From positions 32,001 through 96,000 of the forward strand of contig JAQCIU010000003.1 in assembly GCA_027593235.1 (NCBI GenBank): a stretch of DNA of 64,000 nucleotides. Reading direction: 5' to 3'. Under the pieces are notes generated by a model. That model saw nothing but the letters and a program-made list of their open reading frames with translations, did no database searches and was not told where the DNA came from. Position numbers and translations under genes: made by a program. The stretch is from Chloroflexota bacterium (GTDB lineage Bacteria > Chloroflexota > Dehalococcoidia > UBA2979). Below, piece after piece: positions 48,468 through 59,134 of this stretch; position 1 is the stretch's first letter; each line of letters opens with the position of its first letter.

Positions 48468-49430
48468 ATGCCGGCCGAACTGACGCACCACCAACTCGAG
48501 GGCGTGAACGGGTTGTCGATGCACGTCGCCGAGCAGGGCGCCGGCCCGGCGATCGTGCTGTCACATGGTTGGCCCGAGCTCTGGTACTCGTGGCGTCACC
48601 AGATCCCGGTACTCGCCGAGGCTGGCTTCCGCGTCCTCGCCCCAGATCAGCGCGGCTATGGGGGCACGACGGCGCCCGAGGCGATCGAGGCCTACACGCA
48701 GCGTGACTTCTGTGGCGACCTCGTCGGGCTGCTCGACAAGCTGGAGATCGATCAGGCGATCTTCATCGGCCACGACTGGGGCGGCGCGGTGGTGTGGAAC
48801 ATGGCGCTGCATTTCCCGGAGCGCGTGCGCGCTGTCGCCGGCGTGAACACGCCCTTCCGAGGCCAGCCGCCCCTCCCGATGCTCAAGGCGCTCGCCGCGA
48901 GCCCCGGCATGTTTGACTACCAGTTCTACTTTCAGGAGCCGGGCGTTGTGGAGGCTGAGGTAGAGGCCGACGTGGAGCGCTCATTGCGTCTCATCTTCCG
49001 GAGCAGCGACCCCGCTGACGAGTTCGATGTGCTGGCCGGCTTCGACACGGTCCGCGAGCGCGGCGGGATTCTTGCCGGCTACCCGCCTGACGCGCCTCGG
49101 AGCGTGATGCTCACCGAGGAAGAACTCAATGTCTTCGTCGAGTCGTTTCAACGAACCGGGTTTCGCGGCGCCTTCAACTGGTACCGCAACAGTGACGCGT
49201 CGTGGGAATGGGGCGAGCAGACGAAGGGCCGCACGATCGATTGCCCGGCGTTGATGGTGACTGCGGGCAAGGACCCGGTGCTTACGCCGGCGATGGCCGC
49301 CGGCATGGAGTCGGTGGTCCCCAACCTGACCCGTGGCCACATCGAGAACTGCGCCCACTGGACGCAGCAAGAGCGTCCCGAGGAGCTGAACCGCATCCTG
49401 CTGGACTGGCTTGCGACGCTGCCGAAGTAG
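48468..49430 (+). CDS. Alpha/beta-fold epoxide hydrolase
   Basis: HGWPELWYSWRHQ, GHDWGG, NWYR, AHWTQQE. Confidence 0.92.
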   Translation: MPAELTHHQLEGVNGLSMHVAEQGAGPAIVLSHGWPELWYSWRHQIPVLAEAGFRVLAPDQRGYGGTTAPEAIEAYTQRDFCGDLVGLLDKLEIDQAIFIGHDWGGAVVWNMALHFPERVRAVAGVNTPFRGQPPLPMLKALAASPGMFDYQFYFQEPGVVEAEVEADVERSLRLIFRSSDPADEFDVLAGFDTVRERGGILAGYPPDAPRSVMLTEEELNVFVESFQRTGFRGAFNWYRNSDASWEWGEQTKGRTIDCPALMVTAGKDPVLTPAMAAGMESVVPNLTRGHIENCAHWTQQERPEELNRILLDWLATLPK

Positions 49431-49483
49431 CGTCGCCAGCTACGGTGCGCCGACGCCGGTCTCCGAGCCCCGAAGGGGCGGCG

Positions 49484-50284
49484 CTAGTAGTGGATGGCGT
49501 TGCCGGCGCCGCCGCCGACGGCGATCGCGTCGCCGTTGATGGCGATCGATCGAGGTGAGGCGAGGAACGTGATGACGTTCGCGACCTCCTCGGCGGTGAC
49601 GAGGTGGCGGATCGAGTTGTTCTCGGCGAACTGGCGCTCGGCTTCCTCGATCGAGATGCCCTGCGCCTGGGCGCGCGCCTCGAAGACGGCGGGCATCCGC
49701 TCGGTCATCGTCATGCCGGGGTGGACGACCGTGACGTTGATGCCGTGGGGGCCGAGTTCGTTGGCGAGGTTCTTCGTCAGCGCCGCGACCGAGACGTTGC
49801 GGATGCTGCCGATCGTGGAGCCCGCGCTGCGGGCGGCGAGGCCGGAGATGTTGATGATGCGCCCCCAGCCCTGCGCCTTCATCAGCGGTGCGGCGGCCTG
49901 CGCGACGCGCAGGTAGCCGAGGACCTTGACGTTCATGTCGGCCCAGAACGCCTCGGCGGTGATGTTCTCGAGGGTGGGCGGCGGCCCGCCACCGCCGGGC
50001 ACGGCGGCGCTGTTGACCAGGATGTCGAGGCGGCCGAGTTCGCGGTGGACGTGCTCCACCATCGAGCGGATGGAGTCCTCGTCGCTGGTGTCGGCGACGA
50101 CGGGGAGGATGCGCTGGCCGGTCTCCTCGGCAAGCTCGATCGCGGTGGCGCGGAGGGTCTCCTCGGTGCGGGCGGCGATGGCGACGGTGGCGCCCTCGGC
50201 GGCGAGCTGGCGGGCGACGGCCTTGCCGATGCCCTTGCTGGCGCCGCTCACGAGGGCGACCTTGCCGGCGAGTTCGAGGTCCAT
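49484..50284 (-). CDS. SDR family oxidoreductase
   Basis: SGASKGIG, LVNSA, atypical GSIRN active-site segment. Confidence 0.88.
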   Translation of the reverse strand: MDLELAGKVALVSGASKGIGKAVARQLAAEGATVAIAARTEETLRATAIELAEETGQRILPVVADTSDEDSIRSMVEHVHRELGRLDILVNSAAVPGGGGPPPTLENITAEAFWADMNVKVLGYLRVAQAAAPLMKAQGWGRIINISGLAARSAGSTIGSIRNVSVAALTKNLANELGPHGINVTVVHPGMTMTERMPAVFEARAQAQGISIEEAERQFAENNSIRHLVTAEEVANVITFLASPRSIAINGDAIAVGGGAGNAIHY

Positions 50285-50350
50285 GGTGTGCTCCGGAGAT
50301 GCGGTGTCGTAGGTCGGGTCAGAGGCTCCGCAGCATACCTGCGGCGCGAT

Positions 50351-51316
50351 CTAGGTTGCCGACGAATACCAGTCGAGCACCCGCAGGGCGCGCAACGTGT
50401 TCCAGCGGCTCGGCGTCCCGGCGCCGCCTTCCAGCTCGAAATGGACTGTGCCGGGGTGCGGTTCGCCGAGCGGCCAGCCTCCATCTGGCCGCTGTTTGCT
50501 CACCACGATGCCGATCGCCTCGGTGGCGCGTTCGTCAGGCGTCACGCCGGCTTTCCGCAGGTAGTCGAGACCCCAGAGCAGGTCGTAGTGCCAGCGCGGC
50601 GGGAAGGAGAACTCCGTCCAAGACGTCCCGCCCTTCCGGTCGCGCTCGATGATCTTGCCGGTTGACCCGGAGCGGAGGAGGCTCCGTTCCAGCAGGTACT
50701 CCTCACCGCGGAGGCGGGCGTCGCGGACAGTGGATGCGCCCTCGGTTGCCTGCTCGTACTGCCAGAGGCCCTCGAGGACGCAGATGGTCGAGTTGAACGA
50801 GGAGCGCGTGCTGGGCGGGGCGTCGCAGTTCCAGCCGCCGTCCTCGAGCTGTTCGCCCAGCAGACGGTCGAGGAGCCGTTCGCTTGCCGCGCCGAAGTAG
50901 GCACCGCAGGCGAGGACCCTGCCGTTGATACAGGGCTCGACCTCGCCGTCGAAGAACGGCGAGTTGCCGTGTTCGGGGCCGAACGTGCTGTGGTCACGGA
51001 CGAGGGCGATCGCGGCGCGGGACCGGTCGCTGGCGAGGTCGAGGCCCATCTCACGGAGCAGCATCAGCGTCTCCATGGTGGAGGCCCAGCTCTGGTAGAC
51101 CCAGGCGCCGCCGCCCCAGGCGCCGTCCGCTGCCTGGAGGCTGAGCAGGCGGTGGCCCCAGCCCTCGGTGGAGACGCGCGCACGCTCGGCTGCGGCGGCT
51201 GGGCCGGGCTCGCCGGTGAGGTCGCGCATGACCTGCCAGCGGATCGAGGGGTCGGAGTCGAGCAGCCAGCGGATCACCGACGGGTCGAGGTTCGCGATCG
51301 GTTCTGATGCCGCCAT
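50351..51316 (-). CDS. Prenyltransferase/squalene-cyclase-repeat (alpha-alpha toroid) protein
   Basis: QAADGAW, QLEDGGWNC and QRPDGGW QW-like repeats; SRWNTLRALRVL. Confidence 0.7.
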   Translation of the reverse strand: MAASEPIANLDPSVIRWLLDSDPSIRWQVMRDLTGEPGPAAAAERARVSTEGWGHRLLSLQAADGAWGGGAWVYQSWASTMETLMLLREMGLDLASDRSRAAIALVRDHSTFGPEHGNSPFFDGEVEPCINGRVLACGAYFGAASERLLDRLLGEQLEDGGWNCDAPPSTRSSFNSTICVLEGLWQYEQATEGASTVRDARLRGEEYLLERSLLRSGSTGKIIERDRKGGTSWTEFSFPPRWHYDLLWGLDYLRKAGVTPDERATEAIGIVVSKQRPDGGWPLGEPHPGTVHFELEGGAGTPSRWNTLRALRVLDWYSSAT

Positions 51317-51345
51317 TGCCGCGTCCCGCACTCCTTCCCGCGCGT

Positions 51346-51720
51346 TCAGCGCAGCCGCAGGATGAGCGCGCCAGTCAGTGCCGCAGTGAGTAGCCACGTC
51401 ACCACGACGATCGCGAGGCCGAGCCGCGAGATGCCCGTGCCGACCGAGCTGGCGACGGCGTCGCGATGGGCCTCGAGGACTTCGGGCGGGATCAGACGGC
51501 GGGCGAGCAGGAGCCCCGCGGGAACGATCAGCAGGTCATCGAGGTAGCCGATCACGGGGATGACATCGGGGATCAGGTCGAGCGGGCTGAGCGCGTAGGC
51601 GACCGTGGCGAAGGCGATCACACGGGCGTACCACGGCGTGCGTGGATCGCGTGCCGCGAGGTAGAGCACGTAAGTCTCGCGGCGCAGCGCCCGCACGCGG
51701 GCTTGCCAGTTCGCGAACAT
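51346..51720 (-). CDS. DUF1232/YkvA membrane protein
   Basis: [28 protein letters not shown]. Confidence 0.9.
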   Translation of the reverse strand: MFANWQARVRALRRETYVLYLAARDPRTPWYARVIAFATVAYALSPLDLIPDVIPVIGYLDDLLIVPAGLLLARRLIPPEVLEAHRDAVASSVGTGISRLGLAIVVVTWLLTAALTGALILRLR

Positions 51721-51764
51721 CGGGGCGAGCGCTCCTCGGGGATCGACGTTGCGATCGCGATTCG

Positions 51765-52124
51765 TCAGTCGTGGTGCCGCGGCGGTCCGCCGTTGGAGTA
51801 GCCAGGTGGGGTCGCCTCGGTGGGCGCATCGCGCCGGGAGCGGGGATCCTCACGCTCCAGGAGGCCGACCGGCACGGCGGGCAGGGTGACGATGTGTGCG
51901 CCGGCGCGGACGCCGAGCTCCAGCGAGAAGCGCGCCGCAGCCTCGTTGTCGGGCGCCTCGAGGATGGTCACGAAGTCGTAGTCACCGAGGACGGCGTAGA
52001 GGCCGAGGCATTGCACGTCGGACACCTCGATCTCGGCCTCGGCGCGGCGGAGGCTGTCGGGGTCCTCGAGCATCAGGGCGCGGCCATCGCCATCGAGGGT
52101 GAGTAGCAGGACATAGGTGGCCAC
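51765..52124 (-). CDS. GYD-domain protein
   Basis: GTG after GGAGG; ATYVLLLTL...[17 protein letters not shown]. Confidence 0.8.
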   Translation of the reverse strand: MATYVLLLTLDGDGRALMLEDPDSLRRAEAEIEVSDVQCLGLYAVLGDYDFVTILEAPDNEAAARFSLELGVRAGAHIVTLPAVPVGLLEREDPRSRRDAPTEATPPGYSNGGPPRHHD

Positions 52125-52231
52125 GGACGCCTCCGGACGGCTTGGGACGGGCTTGGTGTCCCGATATTCGCACGCGCGGGCGGAGCGGGGGAGCGGCCTC
52201 GATCGAATCGACTGCGCTCTGACGCGCCCGG

Positions 52232-53431
52232 CTACATATTGCGGAGCTGGGACCTCGATGCGATGAGCACGGCGCCGATGGCCATCAGCCCGCCCATGAT
52301 GGCGAGCGTGTCGCCAGGCCCGAACTGGGTGCGCATCAGCCCGACGTAAATGGCGGAGATCGGCAGTAAGCCGTTGAAGGTGAGGGCGAAGAGCGCCATC
52401 ACGCGACCCATCATGTGTGGCTCCGTGAACTCCTGGAGCAAGGTCCGCTGGGAGGTCATCAGTACGCCGCCGCAGCCGCCCCAGATAATCATGATGAGCA
52501 CGGTCAGTGGGTAGCTGTTGGACAGGCCAATCGCCATCAAGCCGGGGCCGAAGCAGTTGAAGGCGATGAGGAACATCAACCCGCGGCGGCTGATCTCGCG
52601 TCGTGAGGCGAGGTAGAGCGAGGTGCTGATCATTCCAAGGCTGAGCATGCTGATCAGCAGCGAGGTGGCGAAGACGCCCTGTCCGAGTTCGTTCTTGGCG
52701 ATGTCCGGCATGAGGATGCCGTAGGCGCCGCTGCCGGATCCCATGAACAGGCCGACGATAATCAGCGAGCGGAGCGGGTCGCGGCCGAAGGCGTAGTGCA
52801 GGCCGCTCCTGATGTCGCTGACCATGGAGCGCACGGTGCCGCCGGCGGCGCGTTCGGCGCGCTCGTAGGCGGGGACGTTGACCACCCACATCAGGGCGAC
52901 GCCGGCCAGCATGATGGCGGTGAAGACGAGGAACGCGGGGCCGAGACCGAACACCGCGATCGAGCCGCCGCCGATCACGGCGCCGGCGACCTGGGCGACG
53001 GACTGGCCCATGTTCTGGAAGCCGACGGCGCTCATCAGGCGGTTCGGGGGCACCAGTTGCGGGATCATAGCCTGCAGCGGCGGGACGATGGCGGCGATCG
53101 CCGATCCGACACCAAAGCCGAGCACCATGGCGATCGGGAGATTGATGAGGTCCGCGCCGATCACGGCGGCGGTCGCGAGCAGTCCTGCCGCGGCAGCGAG
53201 GCCGACGTAGATCGTCATCAGCCGGCGATCGACGCGATCCGAGATTGCGCCAGCCGGGAGCGAGATGAGCAGGCCGGGGATTCCGACGGCGAAGCCGAGG
53301 AACGCCGGGGCCGCGGCGTTGTCGCTGATCTCGAGCGCAATCCAGATGAAGGCGAACCGGGTGATCCCGGCGATGAGGGACGTGAGGAAGTTCGCGAACC
53401 AGAAGAGCCGGTAGTCGCGGAGCGCAAGCAC
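52232..53431 (-). CDS. MFS transporter (possible ATC start at 53497)
   Basis: RDYRLFW, AGAISDRVDRR, MMGRVMA, about 12 TM segments. Confidence 0.88.
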   Translation of the reverse strand: MLALRDYRLFWFANFLTSLIAGITRFAFIWIALEISDNAAAPAFLGFAVGIPGLLISLPAGAISDRVDRRLMTIYVGLAAAAGLLATAAVIGADLINLPIAMVLGFGVGSAIAAIVPPLQAMIPQLVPPNRLMSAVGFQNMGQSVAQVAGAVIGGGSIAVFGLGPAFLVFTAIMLAGVALMWVVNVPAYERAERAAGGTVRSMVSDIRSGLHYAFGRDPLRSLIIVGLFMGSGSGAYGILMPDIAKNELGQGVFATSLLISMLSLGMISTSLYLASRREISRRGLMFLIAFNCFGPGLMAIGLSNSYPLTVLIMIIWGGCGGVLMTSQRTLLQEFTEPHMMGRVMALFALTFNGLLPISAIYVGLMRTQFGPGDTLAIMGGLMAIGAVLIASRSQLRNM

Positions 53432-53618
53432 TTCGCGCAGCGGGTTTCGTTCCGCCGGGGCGGTAGTCGCTGGGCGGGATGCTTCGGAGGTGGCGATGGG
53501 ACAGCCTCGTTCAATGCAATTGTGATGAAGCTAGGATTATACTCGCAGGCTGTCAGCGGTGCATAAAGTGGTAGTTACTCGATCCGGCTGACTAGGGGCT
53601 GTTGGGCGAACGGTACGG

Positions 53619-54380
53619 CTAGAAGCCGCCGCCGTTGACGTAGATGCGCTGGTTGGTGACGTAGCTGCCCTGTGGCCCGACGAAGTAGAGCACGGCGTTG
53701 GCGATGTCCTCCGGCTGGCAAACGCGGCCGAAGGGGCTGGTGGCGTCCAGTTCGCGGATGTCCTGGACGCCGCGGGTGGCCCGGACCAGGCGCTTCCCCA
53801 TGTCCGTTTCGACGAGGCCGGGCGCGACGATGTTGACGTGGATGCCGTTCGCGCGTTCCTCCTTGGCGAGGCTGAAGGCGACGGCCTCCATGGCGGTCTT
53901 GCCCATGTTGTAGGGCGCACCGCGACCGCTGAGGCCCGCCGTGGCGCCCGAGGAGATCATGACGACGTCGCCGCGATCGAGTTCGCGCATTTGCGGGACG
54001 AGCAACTGGCTCATGTAGAACGAGCCGAAGGCGTGGGTGGCGACGACACGGCGCATCTCGTCCGGGTCGGTCTCCGCGATAGTGTTACCGCGCGAGGCGA
54101 TGCCAGCGTTGTTGACGAGGATGCCGATCGATTCGAAGTCGGCGAGTGCGGCGGCGACCATGCGCTCGCACTGCTCGTAGTCGGAGACGTCGGCCTGGTA
54201 GGTCGCGGCGCGGCGTCCGAGGGCGCGCACTTCCTCGGCGAGCGCGTCGGCGGATGCGGCGTCACGGGTGTAGTTGATGGCGACATCGGCGCCTGCCTGT
54301 GCGAGGCCGCGGACGATCCCGGCGCCAATGCCGCGTCCACCGCCGGTTACGAGTGCCGTGCGTCCGCTGAGATCGGTCAT
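53619..54380 (-). CDS. SDR family oxidoreductase
   Basis: TGGGRGIG, NNAG, YNMGK. Confidence 0.9.
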   Translation of the reverse strand: MTDLSGRTALVTGGGRGIGAGIVRGLAQAGADVAINYTRDAASADALAEEVRALGRRAATYQADVSDYEQCERMVAAALADFESIGILVNNAGIASRGNTIAETDPDEMRRVVATHAFGSFYMSQLLVPQMRELDRGDVVMISSGATAGLSGRGAPYNMGKTAMEAVAFSLAKEERANGIHVNIVAPGLVETDMGKRLVRATRGVQDIRELDATSPFGRVCQPEDIANAVLYFVGPQGSYVTNQRIYVNGGGF

Positions 54381-54863
54381 GGTGCCTCCGTCGTCGCTGC
54401 TTCGCTGGGTGCCCGGAGTGGGCGGCGCACAGTCTAGCGAGACGGGGCGTTGGCGGTCAGCCGATCACGGTTCGAGCGTGGACACCTCGGGTGGCGTTGG
54501 CCGTCGGACGACGGCGGTGAATGGCGAGCGCGCGCGAAGGCGAGCGGGGTCACACTTCGACCTCACCCGCGCTGATCCGGGCGTCGAGGATGGCAACGAG
54601 GGATTGGAGGGCCGCCCGCGCCACAGGGGAGGCGAATCCAGCCGTGACGCGGGCAGCACCATGGGACGTGAGGGCTAGCCCTCGCTCAACTCGACCCACG
54701 TTGGCCGGGTGGCCGCGGCGAGTGGGATCGGCGGAACTCCGATCGTCGACGGTGCGATGACGAAGCCCCCGATCCGAGGCCGATGTTGCGCGACCGCAGA
54801 GCGGATGCGCAGAGCCGGAAGTCCCGAGGAGTGGGGACCGATCGCCGCGCTCCGTGCGGCGAC

Positions 54864-55922
54864 TCAGTGAGTCCCACGGAGCGAGGCGACCATCCCGCCG
54901 ATCGCGTCGAGGGCCTCGTGGCTACGTGCCACGATCACTCGTGAGCGGTGCAGCAATGCTTCGCGGAGCAGGAGTTCAGCGGCGTCGTCCTCGGTGTTGC
55001 CGGGGTCGAACGCGATGGTGTCGACCAGTCCGGCGCTGAGCTGCGTGCGGACATCGGTTGGCTCGGCAACGGCACGACCGTCGGCGGCGAGCCCGATCAA
55101 CCGTGCTATGTCGTGCTCCCGTGCGGCAGCCGCGGATGCCCGCGCTTCCGGCCAGACGCGGTCCGCGATGGCGTCGAGCGGCGTGCGGATGTCGAGGTGG
55201 GTGAGCGCCTCCACACGCTCGTTGAGCTGTGGTGGGAGCGCGCCGCGCAGAGGGCCGGTGATCACCTCGTCACCGGCAATCACCAGGTGATCGAGGTGAT
55301 TGGCCGCCATCTCCGCGGCGATCGTTTCGGCGATGTCGAGGGCAAATCGCTCGACGATGGTGTCTTGCGATCGCTGGTAGTTCGCTTCGCTCCAGCCGCC
55401 GAGTTGCGAGTGGTGAACGGTCTTCCACTGAGCGCGCTGCGGACCGGGCTCCTCGTGGGTGCCGCCACGATCGAGGCGGATCAGACGCGCGGCGTTGGTG
55501 TCGACGAGCGCGGCGAGGGTGCGCACTGCTTCCTGCGTCGCCTCGGCGATGGGGAGCAGGCGCGGGCGCTCACCGGAGTGAACGGCGGTCTCCACCGGCA
55601 CGCCGAGCGCGACGGTCCACCAGAGGCCACGTCCGTGGCAGGCGTAGATCGCGTATCCGGTCGCCGAGGGCAGCGCTTCGTCCGAGAGGAACGCCGTGAT
55701 GCGCTCGAGGTCGGCGTCGAACGATTCGCGGGCGGGGCCGCGGGTCGGCAAGAGCGCTTGCGCGGTGTGAAGATCCTTGCGGACGACGGTCTGTGCTTCG
55801 TGCAGTCCGCGCCCGCTGACGCGCCAGTCGACGTAGCAGGTGATGACCGGGTGTTCCGAGGGCTCCCAGGCCACGAGGACCTCGGGAATCCCGAGTTGGG
55901 GTTCGATCGCTGGTGTGTTCAT
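54864..55922 (-). CDS. Bacterial archaeo-eukaryotic release factor (baeRF/VLRF1-like) family protein
   Basis: eRF1-like layout; LVDTNAARL, GGWSEANYQR loop, LVIAGD. Confidence 0.75.
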   Translation of the reverse strand: MNTPAIEPQLGIPEVLVAWEPSEHPVITCYVDWRVSGRGLHEAQTVVRKDLHTAQALLPTRGPARESFDADLERITAFLSDEALPSATGYAIYACHGRGLWWTVALGVPVETAVHSGERPRLLPIAEATQEAVRTLAALVDTNAARLIRLDRGGTHEEPGPQRAQWKTVHHSQLGGWSEANYQRSQDTIVERFALDIAETIAAEMAANHLDHLVIAGDEVITGPLRGALPPQLNERVEALTHLDIRTPLDAIADRVWPEARASAAAAREHDIARLIGLAADGRAVAEPTDVRTQLSAGLVDTIAFDPGNTEDDAAELLLREALLHRSRVIVARSHEALDAIGGMVASLRGTH

Positions 55923-56011
55923 GCATCCAGTGAAGGCCCTGCGCGGCGATCGGCGCAGTTGCAGCAGTCCCGGAGCGGTGTGACCAAAGCACCGCGATCG
56001 AGTGGGGCGCG

Positions 56012-57505
56012 CTACCGGTCGCGGGGCGGTGAGGGCGGTGAGGCCTCGGCCGCGAGCCGGCGTGCGAGGTTGAGGGCGCCCGCGGTGTCGGTGATGTCGC
56101 CGGCGGCGGCTGACTCGCGGATGGCCTCGAGGATTGCGCCGATGGCGGGGCCGGGCGGCAGGCCGGTGGCGGCGATGACGGCGGTGCCATCGACGATGCG
56201 CGCGATGTCCTGGGCGGAAGCCGGCGGGTGCCAGCAGGCGATCCGCTGTACGTGGCGGACGTAGGCCGGCCAGCGGGGTAGCAGTTCCTCCACGCCGGCG
56301 GTGGCGAGCGAGTCCGCGAGGAAGAGGAGGCAGACGTCAGGCGTGGCGTCGCCAAGCCGGAGGTGAAAGCGGTGGAGCGCCGCAGGCGACGGCGGTTCAC
56401 CAGGTGCGGCGACCTGGCCGGGGCGGAGGTGCTGTTGGAGGAGCAGCTTGACGCGCGCGGTGGTCCGCTCGGGGAAGCGCCAGGTGCGCAGCCGCGACGC
56501 CGCAATACGCGCGCCGACGGGGCCGTGCTCGAAGAAGCGGGTGCGGCCGTCCGGTTCGACGGAGCGCGTCGAGGGTTTGCCGACATCGTGCAGGAGTGTC
56601 GCGACGCGCAGGGTCGGGGCGTGAGCGGCGAGGTGGTCGCGGATCGCGCCCCAGCGGGTCTCCGGCCACGGCGCATCCCAGGTGTTGTGCCAGATCGCCG
56701 CGCTCGACGGATCGTCCGGGGGCGCGGGTGCGAGCAGGACGTCCAGCCATTCGAGGGCGACGAGCTGGTGTTCGAGTACGTCCCAGGTGTGATGCGGCCG
56801 TTGGCCGATGCCGAGTTCGTCGAGCAGTTCGGGGAAGCAGACCTCGAGGAGCCGTGTTTGATCGAGCAGTCGGACGCCGGTCGCGGAGCGAGGGCTGGCG
56901 AAGAGCAGCGTCAGTTCGTGGCCGACACGCTCCGCGGCGACCCGTTGGAGCGGGCCAGCCGCTGCCTCGATGGAGCGCAGCGTGTTCGCCTCGATGGTGA
57001 AGGCGAGGGTGGTGGCGAGCCGGACGGCGCGGAGTGCGCGCAGCGGATCCTCAGGGATCGCGGTGGCGGCGAGCTGGCGGATCAGCCGCCGATCGAGGTC
57101 GGCGAGGCCGCCGTGGGGATCGATCACGGTGGAGCGTTCGATCGCGGCGATGCGATCGGGCAGCGCGGTGAGCGGGAGCGCGAGCGCGTTGATCGTGAAG
57201 TCGCGGCGAGCGAGGTCCGCGTCGCGGGCGCCGTGCTGCGGGGTGACGTCGATCCAGCCGTCCTCGAGTGGTACGCGGCGCAGTTCGTGCGGCCCGCCCA
57301 GCGGGACGACCGAGGAGCCGACGATCGCGGCGAGGGCGCGTGCCGCCTCGGCGGGTGTTGGGCTGGCGATGTCCAACTCGGCGACGGGGCGAACGAGGAG
57401 CGCGTCGCGGACGGCGCCGCCGACGAGGTAGGCCGCGGACAGCGCGGGCTGCCGCGCGGCCTGAGCGCTGATTGCGGCAACGGCGGCGGAGATGCTGAGC
57501 GGCAT
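56012..57505 (-). CDS. CCA-adding/poly(A) polymerase family nucleotidyltransferase with HD domain
   Basis: YLVGGAVRD, ELD, DLARRDFTINA, EDPLRALRA, LLHDVGKP. Confidence 0.9.
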   Translation of the reverse strand: MPLSISAAVAAISAQAARQPALSAAYLVGGAVRDALLVRPVAELDIASPTPAEAARALAAIVGSSVVPLGGPHELRRVPLEDGWIDVTPQHGARDADLARRDFTINALALPLTALPDRIAAIERSTVIDPHGGLADLDRRLIRQLAATAIPEDPLRALRAVRLATTLAFTIEANTLRSIEAAAGPLQRVAAERVGHELTLLFASPRSATGVRLLDQTRLLEVCFPELLDELGIGQRPHHTWDVLEHQLVALEWLDVLLAPAPPDDPSSAAIWHNTWDAPWPETRWGAIRDHLAAHAPTLRVATLLHDVGKPSTRSVEPDGRTRFFEHGPVGARIAASRLRTWRFPERTTARVKLLLQQHLRPGQVAAPGEPPSPAALHRFHLRLGDATPDVCLLFLADSLATAGVEELLPRWPAYVRHVQRIACWHPPASAQDIARIVDGTAVIAATGLPPGPAIGAILEAIRESAAAGDITDTAGALNLARRLAAEASPPSPPRDR

Positions 57506-57522
57506 ATGCGGACGGACGGCGG

Positions 57523-58995
57523 TCAGTTCCAGCTGTGGTTGTCGAACGACCAGTCGAGCAGTTCCGCGGCCTGCCCGTAGCGATCGCTGGAGTTCAGCAG
57601 CACGACGTAGAGACGGTGACCATCGCGCATCGCGGAGCCGACGAAGGTGCGGCCGGCGTCGTCGGTGAAGCCGGTCTTCACGCCATCGGCATCCTTGTAG
57701 GAGTTCAGGAAGCCGTTGATGTTGTACATCGTCATCCGGCGGCTGCCGTTGGCGGTCCAGACGCTGGATGACACCGTGCTGCGGAATTCCGGGATCTGCA
57801 TGCCGTAGCGGGCGAGCATCGCGAGGTCGTAGGCGGAGGAGACGTGGCCGACGGCATCGAGGCCGTGTGGGTTGGCGAAGTTGCTGTCGGTCAGGCCGAG
57901 CCTGGTGAGCAGCGTGTTCATCTGGTTGACGAAGGCGGCGTCGGATCCGGCCTCGAAACGGGCGATGGCGAGCGCGGCGTCGTTGCCCGAGCGGAGCATC
58001 AGACCGTGGAGAAGGTCGCGGACCTGGAAACAGTCGCCGGGCTGCAGGCCCATCACGCTGCTGCCAATCATCCTGCGACTGTCCACCTCGTTGGTGACCC
58101 ATGCGTCGAGATCGGTGCCTTCGATCGCGAGGATCGCGGTGGCGATCTTCGTGAGGCTCGCGGGGGCGAGCGCCCGGTGTTCGTTGTTCCCGTAGAGGAC
58201 GGCGCCGGAGGCCTCGTCGATCACGATGGCGGCGGCGGAGTCGACGGACGAGGCTGGCACGCCGGTGGTCAGCGTGGGTGCGAGGCCGGTCGTGAGCGGG
58301 GCGGAGGCGGCGGGTACGCGCGAGCTGGCGGCCGTCGCCTGGTTGGCGGGCCCGCCGCAGAGGAGGAGGAGGCCGGTGCCGGCTGGCACCTGCTCGCCAC
58401 CGAAGTGGGCGAACCACGCCTGGTTGACGAACGCCGGGGAGCCCGGCCGGTAGCCGACGAACGCGCCGTTGACCACGGTAAAGATGCCGGACAGATCGCA
58501 GCCACCGGCGAGCGCGGTATTGACGATGCCGCTGAGGGTGCCGCCACCCCAGGACTGGATGCTGATGCCGCGTGCGGGCAACGCGCCGGACAGGCCCGGT
58601 CGAGTCGAGCTGGCACTCACGGCGCAACTGGGGGTGACCGCGGTGTACGGCTCGAGGAACTCGTCGGCCATCCAGCCGCTCTGGGTGCCGATGGAGACGC
58701 GCTGCCAGCGGTATTCGCCGACGATTTCGGCGCCCTCGAGGACCGTCACGAGGGAGCCGTCGGCGAAACAGTCGAGGCGTTCGCCATCGGGAGCGTCGCG
58801 CAAGCGGAGGCAGCTCCCGTCGGCGCGAATCACGGCGGTAGTGCCGGCGACGAGGGGTTCGGTGCGGATCGCCTCGGTGCGGCTGACCGCGGGCACGGGC
58901 TGGGGTGTGGCGGCGGCGAGGGCGCTCGTGGGGAGCACGGACAACAGCACCGCGAGGAGCGAGAGGATCAGGAGTGGACGGGCACCATGTCGCAC
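57523..58995 (-). CDS. D-alanyl-D-alanine carboxypeptidase (S11) with N-terminal SH3b-like domain
   Basis: Signal peptide; CLRLRDAP...GWMA SH3; ASLTK, SGN, NPHGL, KTG. Confidence 0.88.
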   Translation of the reverse strand: MRHGARPLLILSLLAVLLSVLPTSALAAATPQPVPAVSRTEAIRTEPLVAGTTAVIRADGSCLRLRDAPDGERLDCFADGSLVTVLEGAEIVGEYRWQRVSIGTQSGWMADEFLEPYTAVTPSCAVSASSTRPGLSGALPARGISIQSWGGGTLSGIVNTALAGGCDLSGIFTVVNGAFVGYRPGSPAFVNQAWFAHFGGEQVPAGTGLLLLCGGPANQATAASSRVPAASAPLTTGLAPTLTTGVPASSVDSAAAIVIDEASGAVLYGNNEHRALAPASLTKIATAILAIEGTDLDAWVTNEVDSRRMIGSSVMGLQPGDCFQVRDLLHGLMLRSGNDAALAIARFEAGSDAAFVNQMNTLLTRLGLTDSNFANPHGLDAVGHVSSAYDLAMLARYGMQIPEFRSTVSSSVWTANGSRRMTMYNINGFLNSYKDADGVKTGFTDDAGRTFVGSAMRDGHRLYVVLLNSSDRYGQAAELLDWSFDNHSWN

Positions 58996-59134
58996 GGGGC
59001 TACTGCCTCACGAACACCCGCCTACCCCAGCATACGACAGCGGGACACGGTCACCAAACCGCCCGCCAGTGCATGACCTCCGCCCCTGCTGATCGCGATC
59101 AACGAGGGGTAGCGTTCGTGTGGAGGAGGACGCC

